A stretch of DNA of 64,000 nt. Origin: Octopus vulgaris (Eukaryota). The position numbers and the translations under genes were made by a program. The notes beneath the pieces were generated by a model that saw only the letters and a list, made by a program, of their open reading frames with translations, was not told where the DNA came from and made no database searches. Positions 50,805 through 63,706 of the stretch are shown piece after piece; position 1 is the first letter of the stretch, and each line of letters opens with the position of its first letter. Where the stretch lies: the NCBI GenBank assembly GCA_951406725.2, contig OX597818.1, positions 128,154,001 to 128,218,000 on the forward strand. The letters run 5' to 3'.

Positions 50805-52189
50805 TGTTGGGTATTTGGTTGCACCAATTTTATCCGTCTTTAAGGGCTTGCAAAGTTTGTAGATACTGCCTTTTGCTTTCTGAGTAATTTATACTAACTA
50901 TGAAGCAATAATAATTTTTACTTCTTGTCACAACTTTCTCTCTGGTCCAGGTAATTTACAAGTCTCACTTTGCTTCGAGAAAAGGGTATAAATACTGTGA
51001 ATATAAACCTGGTAGAAAATAATGTGGTACTCACTATATCATAAATATTGGGGTACAAGCAATTCTGAAGTCTCTGTTGTTTACAATACAGTTGTCCTAA
51101 TACCAACAATAATAATAATCCCTTCTACTATGGACACAAGGCCCGAAATTTTAGTGAAAAGGGCAAGTCAATTATATGGGCCCCAATGCTTGACTAATAC
51201 TTAGTTTATCAACCCTGAAAGAATGGAAGGCAAAGTTGACCCTGTCAAAATTTGAACTCAGAATATAATAATAATAATAATAATAATAGTAGTAGTAGTT
51301 CTACTATAGGTAAAAGGCTTGAAATTTTGGAGGCAGGGGCTAGTTGAGTGCATTCGCCCCAGTGCTCAGCTAGTCCTTTTTTGATTGATGCTGAAGGGAT
51401 GAAAGGCAAAGTCAACCATGGCAGAATTTGAACTCAGAGAGAGCGTAAGGTTAGAAGAAATTTGCTATTGGTTTCTAATTTAGACACAAGGCTAGCTATT
51501 TTGATGGGAGTAACTTAGTCAAAGTTATTCACCCCAGGATTTGAACTTAGAATCCAAGGGGCTGGAACACACTGCATCATGTAAGAAAGTAAAACATTAT
51601 CTTACAATCATGAGTGCAACACTAACCACAAGTCTTGTGACACAATGATTAGGGTGTTGCGCTCACAGTCTTTAACTTTTTAGCATCCAGTTCAGTTTAT
51701 AAATATTGTGGTACAAGGAATTCTGAAGTCTCTGTTGTTTACAATACAGTTGTCCTAATACCAACAATAATAATAATGGGTTGGACGGTTCAGCTGGGGT
51801 CTGGGAAGCCAGAAGGCTGCACCAGGCCCAGTCTGATCTGGCAGTGTTTCTACAGCTAGGATGCCCTTCCTAACGCCAACCACTCCGTGAGTGTAGTGGG
51901 TGCTTTTTACGTGCCACCGGCACAGGTGCCAGACGAGGCATTATTTTATAGCTTTGAGATTTCGATTATGTGATTGCTTATTTTTAAAATGACATTGTAG
52001 GGTAAGTCTGAGAAACCGTATTTGGCCAATGTGAACATGAAACAAATAGAATATTTTTGCCAGATATGGCCAGTTTGAATGCTAAAGGGTTAATAGTAAT
52101 ATTTTGATAATAATTTCTCTTACAATATTTTTTGAATATGAAATGTTTTTCTTTTAATTTATGGAGTTCATTTTTAACTTAATTTTCAG

Positions 52190-52274
52190 AGAATCCAAGA
52201 ATTTTGTTGTGTGGATCAACAAATACAGGAAAATCTACATTTTGCCGAAGATTGTTAAATATCTGCCTTAATAT
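52190..52274 (+). CDS. NOL9: NOL9 exon with P-loop/Walker A
   Basis: aattttcag|...AT|GTAAGT; translates ENPRILLCGSTNTGKSTFCRRLLNICLN, the Clp1/Grc3/NOL9 kinase P-loop pattern. Confidence 0.93.
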
Positions 52275-52583
52275 GTAAGTAAAGCTGTCTTTTATTTATT
52301 TATTTTTGTTTTTGTGAATTATATAAAAAACTGCAATTAAGATGTATTTAGTAGAATTAATGGTCAGATATGATTACAGAGTTTGCATTTCTAAGGAGGA
52401 AGGAATTGACAAAATGTGATTGAGAAAAAAAATATAGTATGATGAGTATTTTTAAATGTCAAAAGGAAAATTATCTGTTTTAATGACATTTGAGTTGATA
52501 TTGAAAAAATGCAACTATATTGTTGGCCAAGATATGTGTGGTTAGTGTTTTTTTGAATGTAATTCTCTAGATTTTCTTTTTCT

Positions 52584-52813
52584 TGTCGGTGGCATGTAAA
52601 AAGCACCAACCAATTGTGGCCGCTGTCAGACTCCCCTGGCACGTAAAAAGCACCCACTACACTCACAGAGTGGTTGGTGTTAGGAAGGGCATCCAGCTGT
52701 TGAAACACAGCCAGATCAGACTGGAGCCTGGTGCAGCCTCCTGGCTTCCCAGACCCCGGTCGAACTGTCCAACCCGTGCTAGCACGGAAAATGGGCATTA
52801 AACGATGATGATG
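52584..52813 (+). mobile_element. Family B repeat
   Basis: Conserved core and GAT tail. Confidence 0.82.
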
Positions 52814-53348
52814 AAATATAGGTGAAAGTCTTTAACTTTTTTAGCATCCAGTCCAGTTTAGTTTGTCAAATGCAATGCTTAAAATCTTCATATTGTTTTG
52901 AGCTAATCATGCATTATTTTATAGCTTTGAGATTTCGATTATGTGATTGCTTATTTTTAAGGTACTGAATTAACTTACTAATGTGGGCATGTCTGTGGTT
53001 AAGAAGTTTTCTTTGTAATCACATGGCTTTGTATTAAGTCCCTCTGTGCTGCATTTTGGGGGTAAATGTGATCTGCCATGACCTCCAAACCAATGAATGC
53101 CTTGTCAGTAAATGTGGTTGACAGAAACTATGGAACCCTATTGTGTGTGTGTGTGCATTTTCGTCTTTATATTTGTTCTGTACTCCACCTTATGATAGCC
53201 AACATTGGTTTGTTTACATCACTGTTACTCAGTGCTTTGGCAAGAAAAAGACCAATAGAATAAATGCCTAAAACCTAAAAGAACGAGTGGTTTTACTTGA
53301 ATGAGTGTAACAAGTAAAAGAATAAAAGGGTTTGTTCGGGTTGTGAGT

Positions 53349-53577
53349 TTAACCCTTTAGTGTTCGCATTATTCTACCAAAATTAATGCTTCTTCATCCA
53401 CATTGTTTTGAATTGATCATGCATTATCTTGTAACTATGAGATTTTGATGAGGTAGCTGTTAATTTTTTAAAAGATATTGTAGGGTTGGTCTGAGAGACT
53501 AGATCTGGCCAGTTTGAAAATAAAACAAGCAGAATGCTTTTAGCCGGATATGGCCAGTTTAAATGCTAAAGGGTTAA
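53349..53577. mobile_element. TTAA-flanked piggyBac-type MITE
   Basis: TTAACCCTTTAG...CTAAAGGGTTAA termini. Confidence 0.8.
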
Positions 53578-53937
53578 ATATACTATAGATATTTCATTGT
53601 ATTTCTGGATAAGACATTTAATTCTGTTTAATATGAGTTCATCTAACTCTCATTAACATGTAGCAAATTATTTTCAGGAACAGTTACCCATGATAAGACA
53701 TTATTTAGTTCATGGAGATTTGTCTCTCAATTTCACCTACTAGAGCCTATGAACTCTTGTGACTATTCCTTCATGTGTTCCTATTTGGCCCTCCCTGCGT
53801 CTTTTCTTCTTTTATCACTCTTCATCCCCTCAAAACTGTTCTCATTGATGCTGTATCTGACGAAAATGACCATGTCCTTTCTTCTTGTGATTCATGAAAG
53901 GATTGAATTTGAGAGGTGTCTTATCTAACTATTGATT

Positions 53938-54165
53938 TTAACCCTTTAACATTCAAACCAGCTATATCTGATCCAAATATTCTACCTGTTTTATGTTCAA
54001 ACTGACCAGATTCAGTCTCTCAGACCTACCCAACAATGCCATTCTAAAAGTAAAACAACTGCATCATCAAAATCTTGATGCTGTGAGATAATGCATAATT
54101 AATTCAAAAACACTGCAAATAATAAGCTTTGTGTTTGATAAAGTAATCTGAATGCTAAAGGGTTG
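53938..54165. mobile_element. TTAA-type MITE, inverted relative to the 53349 copy
   Basis: aaccctttaacatt...aatgctaaagggtt termini; internal sequence is the reverse complement of the family. Confidence 0.72.
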
Positions 54166-54213
54166 AAGACCAGCTCTAACTATGAAATTTCTCTTCTTTC
54201 CTGTTATGTGGAA

Positions 54214-54597
54214 TGGAAGCACTCTGTCGGTTACGACGATGAGGGTTCCGGTTGATCCGACCAACGGAACAGCCTGCTCGTGAAATTAACGTGTAAGTGG
54301 CTGAGCACTCCACAGACACGTGTACCCTTAACGTAGTTCTCGGGGATATTCAGCGTGACACAGAGAGTGACAAGGCCGGCCCTTTGAAATACAGATACAA
54401 CAGAAACAGGAAGTAAGAGTGAGAGAAAGTTGTGGTGAAAGAGTACAGCAGGGATTACCACCATCCCTGCCGGAGCCTCGGGGAGCTTTTAGGTGTTTTC
54501 GCTCAATAAACACTCACAACACCCGGTCTGGGAATCGAAACCGCAATCCTATGACCGCGAGTCCGCTGCCCTAACCACTGGGCCATTGCGCCTCCAC
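54214..54597 (-). mobile_element. Young tRNA-derived SINE (family D) with target-site duplication
   Basis: Minus-strand head gtggaggcgcaatggcccagtggttagg...ggtttcgattccc; flanked by tttcctgttatgt / tttcctattatgt. Confidence 0.88.
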
Positions 54598-55957
54598 TTT
54601 CCTATTATGTATTTATATTATACTGTGTGTGAAGATTTAGAGGGTCATGTAATATAACTTTTAGTTTCTTACTCTGTTGTCAGTATTTGCTTCTATGTTA
54701 TCTCTCCCTTGTTGAATGTACTCATCTAATCTCAGTGTCTTTTTTTTCTGTTCTGAGGTCATCTAGTCATTAGAAACCTGAACTCTGGTGCAGTACCCAG
54801 AAAGGCTGTTCAGTCAATAGTTATATATCAGGATATTTATAGTGACATATTATGCGTGGAAGGAGTCTTAGCATGTATATCTGATGTGCTTTCCTGGGGG
54901 TCACATGAAGAGCCATTTGTTACATTAGATCTTTGGCTTCCGACTAGAAGTATTTTTTAAATTTTATTTTACTATTTATGAAATGGTTTCACTTACTTAT
55001 AGAGAAAGAAATCTAAATTCATCTCTTAAACCTCTGATTTGGTCTTTCATAAATAAGTGAGGTAGGTCATTGTTGTAACTCTTATTTTATTCAATTTTTC
55101 CCACTACAAAGTCTTGACATCTTAGAGACTTGATAGTTCTCGTTTGGAAGCAGTTATCTCCCTTTTTGTTGAATCCGATGGCTTTGGTGTCTAATAATCT
55201 TCCTGTTGCTTTTAAATATTCTGACCATTCCTTCATGTGTTCCTATTTGGCCCTCCTACATTCTACCGTGCGTCTTTTCTTCTTTTATCACTCTTCATCT
55301 CCTCACTCTCATTGATGCTGTATCTGACGAAAATGACCATGTCCTTCAAAAAACATTGTAGAGACTAGTGATTTCATTGCTCACAACGTTAACAGACTTA
55401 TTTTCTAAAATGCAAATTCTGCTTGGAAACCATGTTTTAATCTCTCACTCTCTTTCTCAGTCAACTTCCCTACTTGTTATCCAGATCATGAGAACCGTGA
55501 TCTTTTCCTTGTTAATCTTTGCCTCATGTCTGATTCTATTATTCACTTTATCTTTCCCATGAACCACTTGATACACTGGTTGCATATTTCTCTGAATATA
55601 TCTGCTAATTTCTTCTCGCACTGTCTTCTAATTCTCTGTAACTTATATTTATTAACTTGATAACTGAGATTCTTTTTGTGATTTTCTCCCTGATTCTCTT
55701 TCGGATAATTTCTTTTCTCTTTTTGCTGATATAACAGAAAGCCTCTGTAGTTTATTTTGGATTTAGATGAGTATGAATTCTTTCATTCCTCATCAGAAAT
55801 AACTTAGTTAAAACCACGTGACTTTCTCTGATTTTCTCTTGCTTTGCGTCTACTATTGATTGATTTTAGTTTCAGCTCATTGAGCTGTGGCTATGCTGGG
55901 GCATGGAAATTACTTTTCCCATCTTTATTGTGAAGACAACTCTTGAAAAAATAAACA

Positions 55958-56239
55958 TTTGGTAGACAGAAACTGAAAAGAAGCCTGTTGTATAAATGTA
56001 TATATATATATATATACATGTGTGTGTTTGTGTGTCTGTGTTTGTCCTCCTAGCATTGCTTGACAACCGATGCTGGTGTGTTTATGTCCCCGTTACTTAG
56101 CGGTTCGGCAAAAGAGACCGATAGAATAAGTATTGGGCTTACAAAAGAATAAGTCCCGGGGTCGAGTTGCTCGATTAAAGGTGATGCTCCAGCATGGCCG
56201 CAGTCAAATGACTGAAACAAGTAAAAGAGTAAAGAGAGT
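55958..56239 (+). mobile_element. SINE family A, 5'-truncated
   Basis: 3' two-thirds of the family sequence; more decayed copies occur near 11615, 52985 and 62171. Confidence 0.8.
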
Positions 56240-56493
56240 ATCTTTTCTCATTATGCTGGGGAAGCACTGCAAGAAAGTCCTTGCAGGTGCTAAATCTCAG
56301 TGTATAGAGTGGACCAAATTTTGTATTGCTACAATTGGCTGAATCATTACCTTACAAATTTGTATTCTTGTGTATTAGAAATGATTATTGTAAGGCAGAG
56401 AGCTCTCAGAATCATTGGTCCATTGGACAAAATGCTTCATGACATTTCTTCCTGTTCTTCTGAGTTCAAATCCCACCAAGGTTAATTTTGTCT

Positions 56494-56792
56494 TGTGCCG
56501 GTGGCACGTAAAAAGCACCATCCGATTCGTGGCCGTTGCCAGCTTCGACTGGTCTCCGTGCCGGTGGCACGTTAAAAGCACCATCCGATCGTGGCCGTTT
56601 GACAGCCTCGTCTGGCACCTAAAAAGCACCCACTACACTCGCGGAGTGGTTGGCGTTAGGAAGGGCATCCAGCTGTAGAAACACTGCCAGATCAGACTGG
56701 GCCTGGCGCAGCCTTCTAGCTTCCCAGACCCCAGTTGAACCGTCCAACCCATGCTAGCATGGAAAGCGGACGTTAAACGATGATGATGATGA
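56494..56792 (+). mobile_element. Family B repeat
   Basis: Subrepeats, core and GAT tail; further copies at ~13540, 22050, 36129, 51776, 58118 and 62508. Confidence 0.82.
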
Positions 56793-57001
56793 TTTTTATG
56801 GGTTTGATATAATAAAGCACTAGTCAAGTACTGGGTTGATGTAATTAGCTAACCTTCTTCCCTAAAGAATTGCTTTGTCTTCCGTCAGAATTCAAAATGT
56901 TGTTGTTACTGCTGATGCTGCTGCTGTTGAATATTGGAAGAGTCATTTGAGAATCAGAAAAATTGCTTTGGGTGTATTTGTTTTGACTCTTTGTTTTGAG
57001 T

Positions 57002-57229
57002 TTAACCCTTTAGCATTAAGATTACTCTGTCAAATGTAATGCTGATCTATTTGCACTGTTTTGAATTAATCAAGTATTATCTAATAGCTTTGGGATTTCG
57101 ATAATGTGATTGTTCATTTTTAAATATACATTGTAGCATAGATGTGAGAGATGAGATCTGACTGGTTTGAACATAAAACAGGTAGAATCTTTGGGCTGAA
57201 TATGACCAGTTTAAATTCTAAAGGGTTAA
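57002..57229. mobile_element. TTAA MITE nested in a degenerate SINE
   Basis: TTAACCCTTTAGCATT...AATTCTAAAGGGTTAA; the flanks rejoin as a family C SINE (tgagt..aaatcctaccaagatcaactttg). Confidence 0.78.
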
Positions 57230-57602
57230 AATCCTACCAAGATCAACTTTGTCTTACATCCCTCCAAGGTCTATAAAATAAAGTACCAGTGAAGTATGGT
57301 TTTTGATGTAATCAGTGAACCACCTACCCCAAAGTTGCTGGTTTGTGCCTCGCTTAGAAATAATTATTCAAGACAGTTAGCTGGCTAAATTGTTAGTGTC
57401 AGAAGGGGGAAACAATGTCTTGTGGTATTTGTTTCAATTCTTTGTTCCGAGTTGAAAACCTTCCAGGGTTAACTTTACCCTTCATCGTTCTGAGTTCAAT
57501 GAAATAAAGTGTGTGTTAAATAAATGTAATCAATTAATCCCTCCTTTAAAATTGCTTGCCTCATGTCTAAATTAGAAACCATTATTTATTTATTTATTCC
57601 AG

Positions 57603-57700
57603 AAAGAAAAGTGTCTATTTTCTTGACTGTGATCTTGGTCAAACAGAATTCACACCACCAGGCTGTGTATCCTTGAGTTTGGTGAAAGATTATGTTCTAG
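57603..57700 (+). CDS. NOL9: NOL9 exon with DCDLGQTEF (Clp1-family Walker B/catalytic Asp) motif
   Basis: tatttattccag|...CTAG|GTAAGC; translates KKSVYFLDCDLGQTEFTPPGCVSLSLVKDYVLG, matching the NOL9 signature CDLGQTEFTPPGC. Confidence 0.95.
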
Positions 57701-59313
57701 GTAAGCTATGTGTATAAATATTATTTCTTATTGTATTGAAATGTTCCATAATTCCAAACCAAATTATTGGTTGTATATATTGCTGTATCCTTCAGTTGGT
57801 GAACATTTCCACTCTTTGTCTCTCACCACTTGACTGATAAGACTGAATAGAAATGGTATTTTATTTTGTAAGGTGAAAGCTAGATTATCAACCACATGCT
57901 CATAAGTTCAAACTTTATTGCAGCCATTGGACTGTTTCCTTCACTTTGCTTACTTTGACTAAACAGAAAAAAAAAATGGGCAAGTTCCAGTTTTGTTTCA
58001 TGGTTGAGTGTCAAGCCAGGAATTCACAGCTTTTGGTAGTTTAAAAGCTCTCTTTTACTGGATGAGAATAACTACTTTATAAATGATTCACCTCAGGTTT
58101 TGAAGAGAGAGGTAAACCATCATCGTTGTTGTTTAACGTCCGCTTTCCATGCTGGCATGGATTGGATTGTTTGACTGAGAGCTGGCAACCCAGAAGGCTG
58201 CATCAAGCTTCAATTTGTTCTCGCAAAGTTTCTACAGCTGTATGCCCTTCTTGACACCAACCACTCCAAGAGTGTAGTGGGTGCTTTTTACATGCCACCG
58301 GCCAATCAGGCAGTACTGGCATTGATCATGCTTGAATGGTGCTTTTTACGTGCCATCAGCACGGGATGCAGTCAGGTGGCACTGGCAATGATCATGCTTG
58401 AATGGTGTTTTTTATGTGCCACTAGCACGGGTTCCAATCAGGCAGTACTGGCATTAGCCACGACAGTGGCTTCACTTGACTCAACAGGCCTTCACTAGTG
58501 CAGTTGATTGCCCAACGATTGAAAGGTATTCTTAAATGGGCTGGTTATGCTGCAGTGGCATAGGCTACGGTTACGGTTTCACTTAGTAAAATTTGTATAG
58601 AAATTACTGAAAGTGGTGAGGTCTTATCTATATAATTTAATTATATTGGATCTTGGTACATCATTAGTCATATTTTTGCTTGCTGATAACACAATGACCT
58701 ATACATCATATTTTATTCCAGACAGATGTATTTAAAATATAAATGTTGTATCTGGTTTAAATATTTTATGTCTAAGAAAAAACACCACTTCTCTAAATAA
58801 CCAGCACCTTCTCAACATCACTATATGCCATTTACTACTTCTCTAACCTCTCAATGCCCTGAAGGAGGCACTGTTAAGAAACACTACCCTAGAGTGTTGT
58901 AGACCATAGGAATATCACGAGATCTTAAGTTTAAGTTACACAACTGAGAAAAAATGCCAAAATTTTATTAGAAATATAGATTACAGAGAGAGTGAGAAAA
59001 TGCAGTTAGGGTATAGTCAATTTTTCTCTGGAGCTTATATATTCTCTTCTGGAATAAAACCTTAAATATAAGGGGGATAAGTTGATGGTGTCACAGAAAC
59101 AGTGAAATCCACTTGGTTAGCTGTAGGCATAGCATTTACTTTTCTTTTTCAGTGATCCTATCTGAGAAATGGAAATCATATATATCTCTGTCTTCTACTC
59201 CAGATGCTCTGTGAAGTGGTTGTAAGTGAACAAAGACTTGGGGTCCTTTCAGTTTTCTCAATGGAAACTAACAGAAGCCCACTGTAAATATATATATGTA
59301 TGTATGTACATAC

Positions 59314-59690
59314 GTACATGGTCTGATCAACAAGTAACGGGTCTCTTGCTATGGTAATGAAGCTAAAATATGCAGAATGAAACAGCTTGGCACAAATTGA
59401 CTTGAATGCTTTTGCACATTCACATTTAGTTATAACATTCTCATTCACTTCCGATATTTATAGCTGTGCTTAGAAGTAAAATGTGTAGTCATCTCAAAAA
59501 AGATAGGTTTTCAGCTGTGTAGGGTCTCCTCGATTGTATTGAGGAAGATAGAAAAATTTTCAATATGGTCATAATAGGTGACGAATTGTGGGTTTGTGGC
59601 TATGACCCTGAAAACAAAGGCTCAGTCTTCACAGTGGAAGACCCCAACAAGATTTCAAGACATTGAGGAAATTCAAGAGAATGTAATGAA
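59314..59690 (+). mobile_element. Mariner relic
   Basis: TA-started terminus tacatggtctgatcaacaagta and transposase fragment IIGDELWVCGYDPE..KAQSSQWK (frameshifted). Confidence 0.65.
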
Positions 59691-59771
59691 ACAATAAAAA
59701 ACCCCACAGTAAATCAATAGTCTCTAATAGGATCTTTAAGCATTCTTATAAGAGTTTGGCATTGTTTACTA

Positions 59772-59988
59772 TTAACCCTTTCATTACCAAACCGGCTCTG
59801 GCTCTGAGTACAAATGTCTTCTTTTCATAAGTTTTGAATTAAAATCTTCCACCAAACCTTAGTTACAATTTATGTTCTTAACACTAGCTGAATGGTAACC
59901 AAGTTATTTTACTAAATTCTTTGTATATTTAAAGTAATTGAAAGAAACACAGAGCATCTCAAAATAAATACAGTAATGAAAGGGTTAA
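59772..59988. mobile_element. Second TTAA MITE family
   Basis: Perfect TTAACCCTTTCATTAC...GTAATGAAAGGGTTAA termini with a different internal sequence. Confidence 0.8.
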
Positions 59989-60129
59989 TACAGTATTTTG
60001 AATTTTTAAGTATTTCTTTAAGGTAACATACTAAATAAACTTATTTCACTCCTCCTTCTGTATCGTAAAATTTCATCACTTTCTATATATTTGTAAAATT
60101 GAGATAACCTGATATATTTTGTTTTTCAG

Positions 60130-60163
60130 GCCCACCATTCTGTCACCAAAAAGAACCCATTTA
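60130..60163 (+). CDS. NOL9: NOL9 34-nt exon (GPPFCHQKEPI); gene continues beyond window
   Basis: gtttttcag|...TA|GTAAGT; phase 1 start fits the previous exon, and GPPFxH is the conserved NOL9/Grc3 motif following the Walker B region. Confidence 0.9.
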
Positions 60164-60655
60164 GTAAGTATGCAGTGCAGCAAGGTTGCTCTTGTATTTG
60201 ATATTTATCTGTGTGTGTGTATTTGTTATTTTTATTGTTGAGTAACTGTGGTCAACTCTATTTGAGTAAAGCTTAAAGAGGTAGCTGATTAAACAATTCA
60301 TTCAAATGGCACTTTTTCAGCTATTGCATCCAATGTTTAATGTGGGATATTCATTTTATAGATAGTATTGAGATTTTTTTTTTTTTCTTTTGGTGGGGAA
60401 GAGTTTGGCTGCCATGTTGTGGTGGTTGAATGACTAATTTGAGATATGTATTGTTTAATAAAAAATAGATATAAACAACGTAAGCCACAGATGACTGAGG
60501 TGGTATGGTTTCAGACCAGCAATCAAGAGTATGAGTGGTTGATAGTCTGTGACCATGTCAAGGCACTTCTCTTTCAGTGACTCAATTCTTTTTTGCAATA
60601 AGTTCACTTTGTTGTATGCTGTTTCTGGAGTAAGTTTACAGTGGCCCAATTCATT

Positions 60656-61021
60656 ATGCAGTTCACCTTGCATGCTACAAGCTGTGTTACAGTATAGTGT
60701 ATTTCACCAGATTAAATAGTGACAGCATTACAAAAACAGACAAGTGTTTTGATAAATTTACAGTACTGTGTTCAGCTTTCTTCCATACTTACAAGTTGGA
60801 CAAGGAGGGTCACTGCCAAGCTTTTTTACTTGTCTTAGATGCAGTTCACCTTGCATGCTACCTCTATGTTACAGTATAGTGTATTTCACCAGATTAAATA
60901 GTGACGGCATTACAAAAACAGACAAGTGTTTTGATAAATTTACAGTACTGTGTTCAGCTTTCTTCCATACTTGCAAGTTGGACAAGGAGGGTCACTGCCA
61001 AGCTTTTTTACTTGTCTTAGA
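60656..61021. repeat. Tandem duplication, 2 x 183 bp
   Basis: Units start at 60656 and 60839 (atgcagttcaccttgcatgctac...cttgtcttag) with only a few differences. Confidence 0.9.
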
Positions 61022-61341
61022 CATTCTGTTATCAGCATATTTTTATAATAATTCATTCTCAATGCAAACGTTGCAAGGGTTTGTTCTAGTACAATATCTT
61101 GCCACTTGTTGTTGCAGTCCTTTTGTCACCTTTTCTCTGAGGTCCAGCACCTCTGAGCTCAAACCTATATTTTTCCTACATCCTCTTCTCCTACTGGAGA
61201 TTCCTTCTACTTAAATTGCTTATGTTAGTCTTGTTCTTATATATATATATATCTATTTTGGATGTATTTGGGGTACTTAGTTGTGCCCGTGACTTAGTAT
61301 TTGCTTCTTCCATGGGTATCTCATTTATTTCTTTTGCCACA

Positions 61342-61398
61342 TGTATCACTGACGAAGAGAGGGCTCTTAGTAGCTAACTCTGAAATCGGTCTGATATG
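61342..61398 (+). ncRNA. Type I minimal hammerhead ribozyme motif (Penelope/retrozyme-like)
   Basis: Stem I TATCA/TGATA, core CTGACGA (61349-61355), stem II AGAG/CTCT, GAAA (61382-61385), short near-palindromic stem III ATCGGT, cleavage triplet GTC (61389-61391). Confidence 0.65.
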
Positions 61399-62709
61399 GT
61401 AATAATGGAATTTTTTAGAAATTTCTGTCGACCTTTTTTCGAGTAGCGTGCTTATTGTGAAAAAATTATATGGTTAATGGACAATATGTCCAATTTTTTG
61501 GCATATTTGGCATTAGAAATTTTTTCCTTTGCCCTCATTTATGAATTATATATATATATATATATGTAGATAAAATCTTATATGGTTTGCTCCTGCAGCT
61601 TTATATGTTATGGGATTCAGCTACATAGGCAAACACAACAACAATAACAATTACCATAACCATGAATGTTACTGTTCATTTTTTTCTTTGATTTCCAGTA
61701 ATATTTTTGTGGGTGATATCACACCTGAATCCAGTGCTAACCATTACATGATCTGTATTCGCAATGTTATTCATTTCTACCTGAGATTATCTCCACAATT
61801 ACCTTTGGTCATTAACACAATGGGCTGGATTAAAGGTTGGTTTTTTATTATTATTTTTCTACTGATTTGTGTGTTATTTCTAATTTAAATGTTTTTTTCA
61901 TTCTTTTCATATATGTCCATGTAATCCCTATACACATGTACACCTACTCATCTTCACAACACAAAACCATTGCATACACTAATAGTTTCTATAAACATTC
62001 TCTACTGATCTCACATTATTATGTAAGTCAGTTGCAGTGGATAACACAGCTCATTCACAAAGTTTTCTGCATTTTTCTGGCACAAAATTTTCAATGAGTG
62101 TTGGTAGATGGTGTAACATATGCTAGTGCCAGATTTCTAGCATAAGCTATTGAAAGATCTGTGAGGTGTAGGAATGGCTGTGTGGTAAGAAATTTGCTTT
62201 GCCGGTCACATTTTTATTCCGGGTTCAGTTCTGCTGCGTTGCACATCGAACCATAGCCCTAGGCCAACAAAAAGTCATGTGAGTGAATTTGGTAGGTTAA
62301 AATCTGAAAGAACCCTATTGTGTGCATGGGTAACTGTCTTCTTCACACTGTTTGACAACCCTGTAACTTAATGGCTTGGTAAAAGTGAACCAATAGAATA
62401 AGTACCGAACATAAAAAGACAAGTATTGGGGTAAACTTTTTTTCCCAGCTAAACACTTCAAGGTAATGCCCCAGCATGGTCGCAGTTCAGTGATTAAAGC
62501 AAGTTATATCATCGTCTCATTTAACATCTGTTTCCTTGCCGGCATAGGTTGGACAGTCTGACAGGAGCTGGTCAGCTGAAGAGCTGCTCGGGCTTCATGT
62601 CTGTTTTCGCATGGTTTCTATAGCTGGATGCCCTTCCTAATGCCATCCACTTCACAGTATACTGGCTGCTTTCATGTAGCACCAGCACCCACAAGCCTGC
62701 AAGATTAGG

Positions 62710-63092
62710 GAAGCACTCCGTTGGTTACGATGACGAGGGTTCCGGTTGATCCGAATCAACGGAACAGCCTGCTTGTGAAATTAACGTGTAAGTGGCTGAG
62801 CACTCCACAGACACGTGTACCCTTAACGTAGTTCTCGGGGATATTCAGCGTGACACAGAGAGCGACAAGGCCGGCCCTTTGAAATACAGGTACAATAGAA
62901 ACAGGAAGTAAGAGTGAGAGAAAGTTGTGGTGAAAGAGTACAGCAGGGATCACCACCATCCCCTGCCGGAGCCTCGTGGAGCTTTATGTGTTTTCGCTCA
63001 ATAAACACTCACAACGCCCAGTCTGGGAATCGAAACCGCGATCCTATGACCGCGAGTCCGCTGCCCTAACCACTGGGCCATTGCGCCTCCAC
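62710..63092 (-). mobile_element. SINE family D with perfect 11-bp TSD
   Basis: Near-identical to the 54214 copy; gcaagattagg at 62699-62709 and 63093-63103. Confidence 0.9.
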
Positions 63093-63671
63093 GCAAGATT
63101 AGGATCACTCAGCTGAAGTGGGATGTAGGAGACATGCCTGTTTGCAAGGACAACCACGATTTTACTTAGCTTGTTTTCTCAAGAACAGCAAACTGCCAAA
63201 CCACAGTTTCATTCAATGGACTTTTTAGTTGACTGAACATATTAGCAAATTTAAAAGTTTGGAAATGTCTCACTTTAAGTCTCATTTGAGACTTTTTAAG
63301 GGTTAGCAACTAATCGAAGCTGAAGTATATTTCAATCTTAAAAAAAAAAAGAAGCCAATCTTTGTGATGTAGTTTTAATAATGCTATACATGTGAGGTGG
63401 TCATGAGATGTCAGCTGAAATGGTAAAAACTAGCATTTATAAGGACATATATGATTGGTGTAAATTATGTCTGACTTTCTCTTTGATATGTGTAGTGATT
63501 ATGCCTTTGTGCTATTGAAGGAGACTATGTTGTTATTGATATAAGTGATTTACATCTACATTTCCACATTAGTGTGAAGGGTGGGAGATTTTGCATTTAT
63601 TTTGGAGCAGTTGTTTTTCTTTTATTACTTTTTATCATTCCTACACCAACCATGTGAATCTTTATTTCCTT

Positions 63672-63672
<1 letters not shown>

Positions 63673-63706
<34 letters not shown>

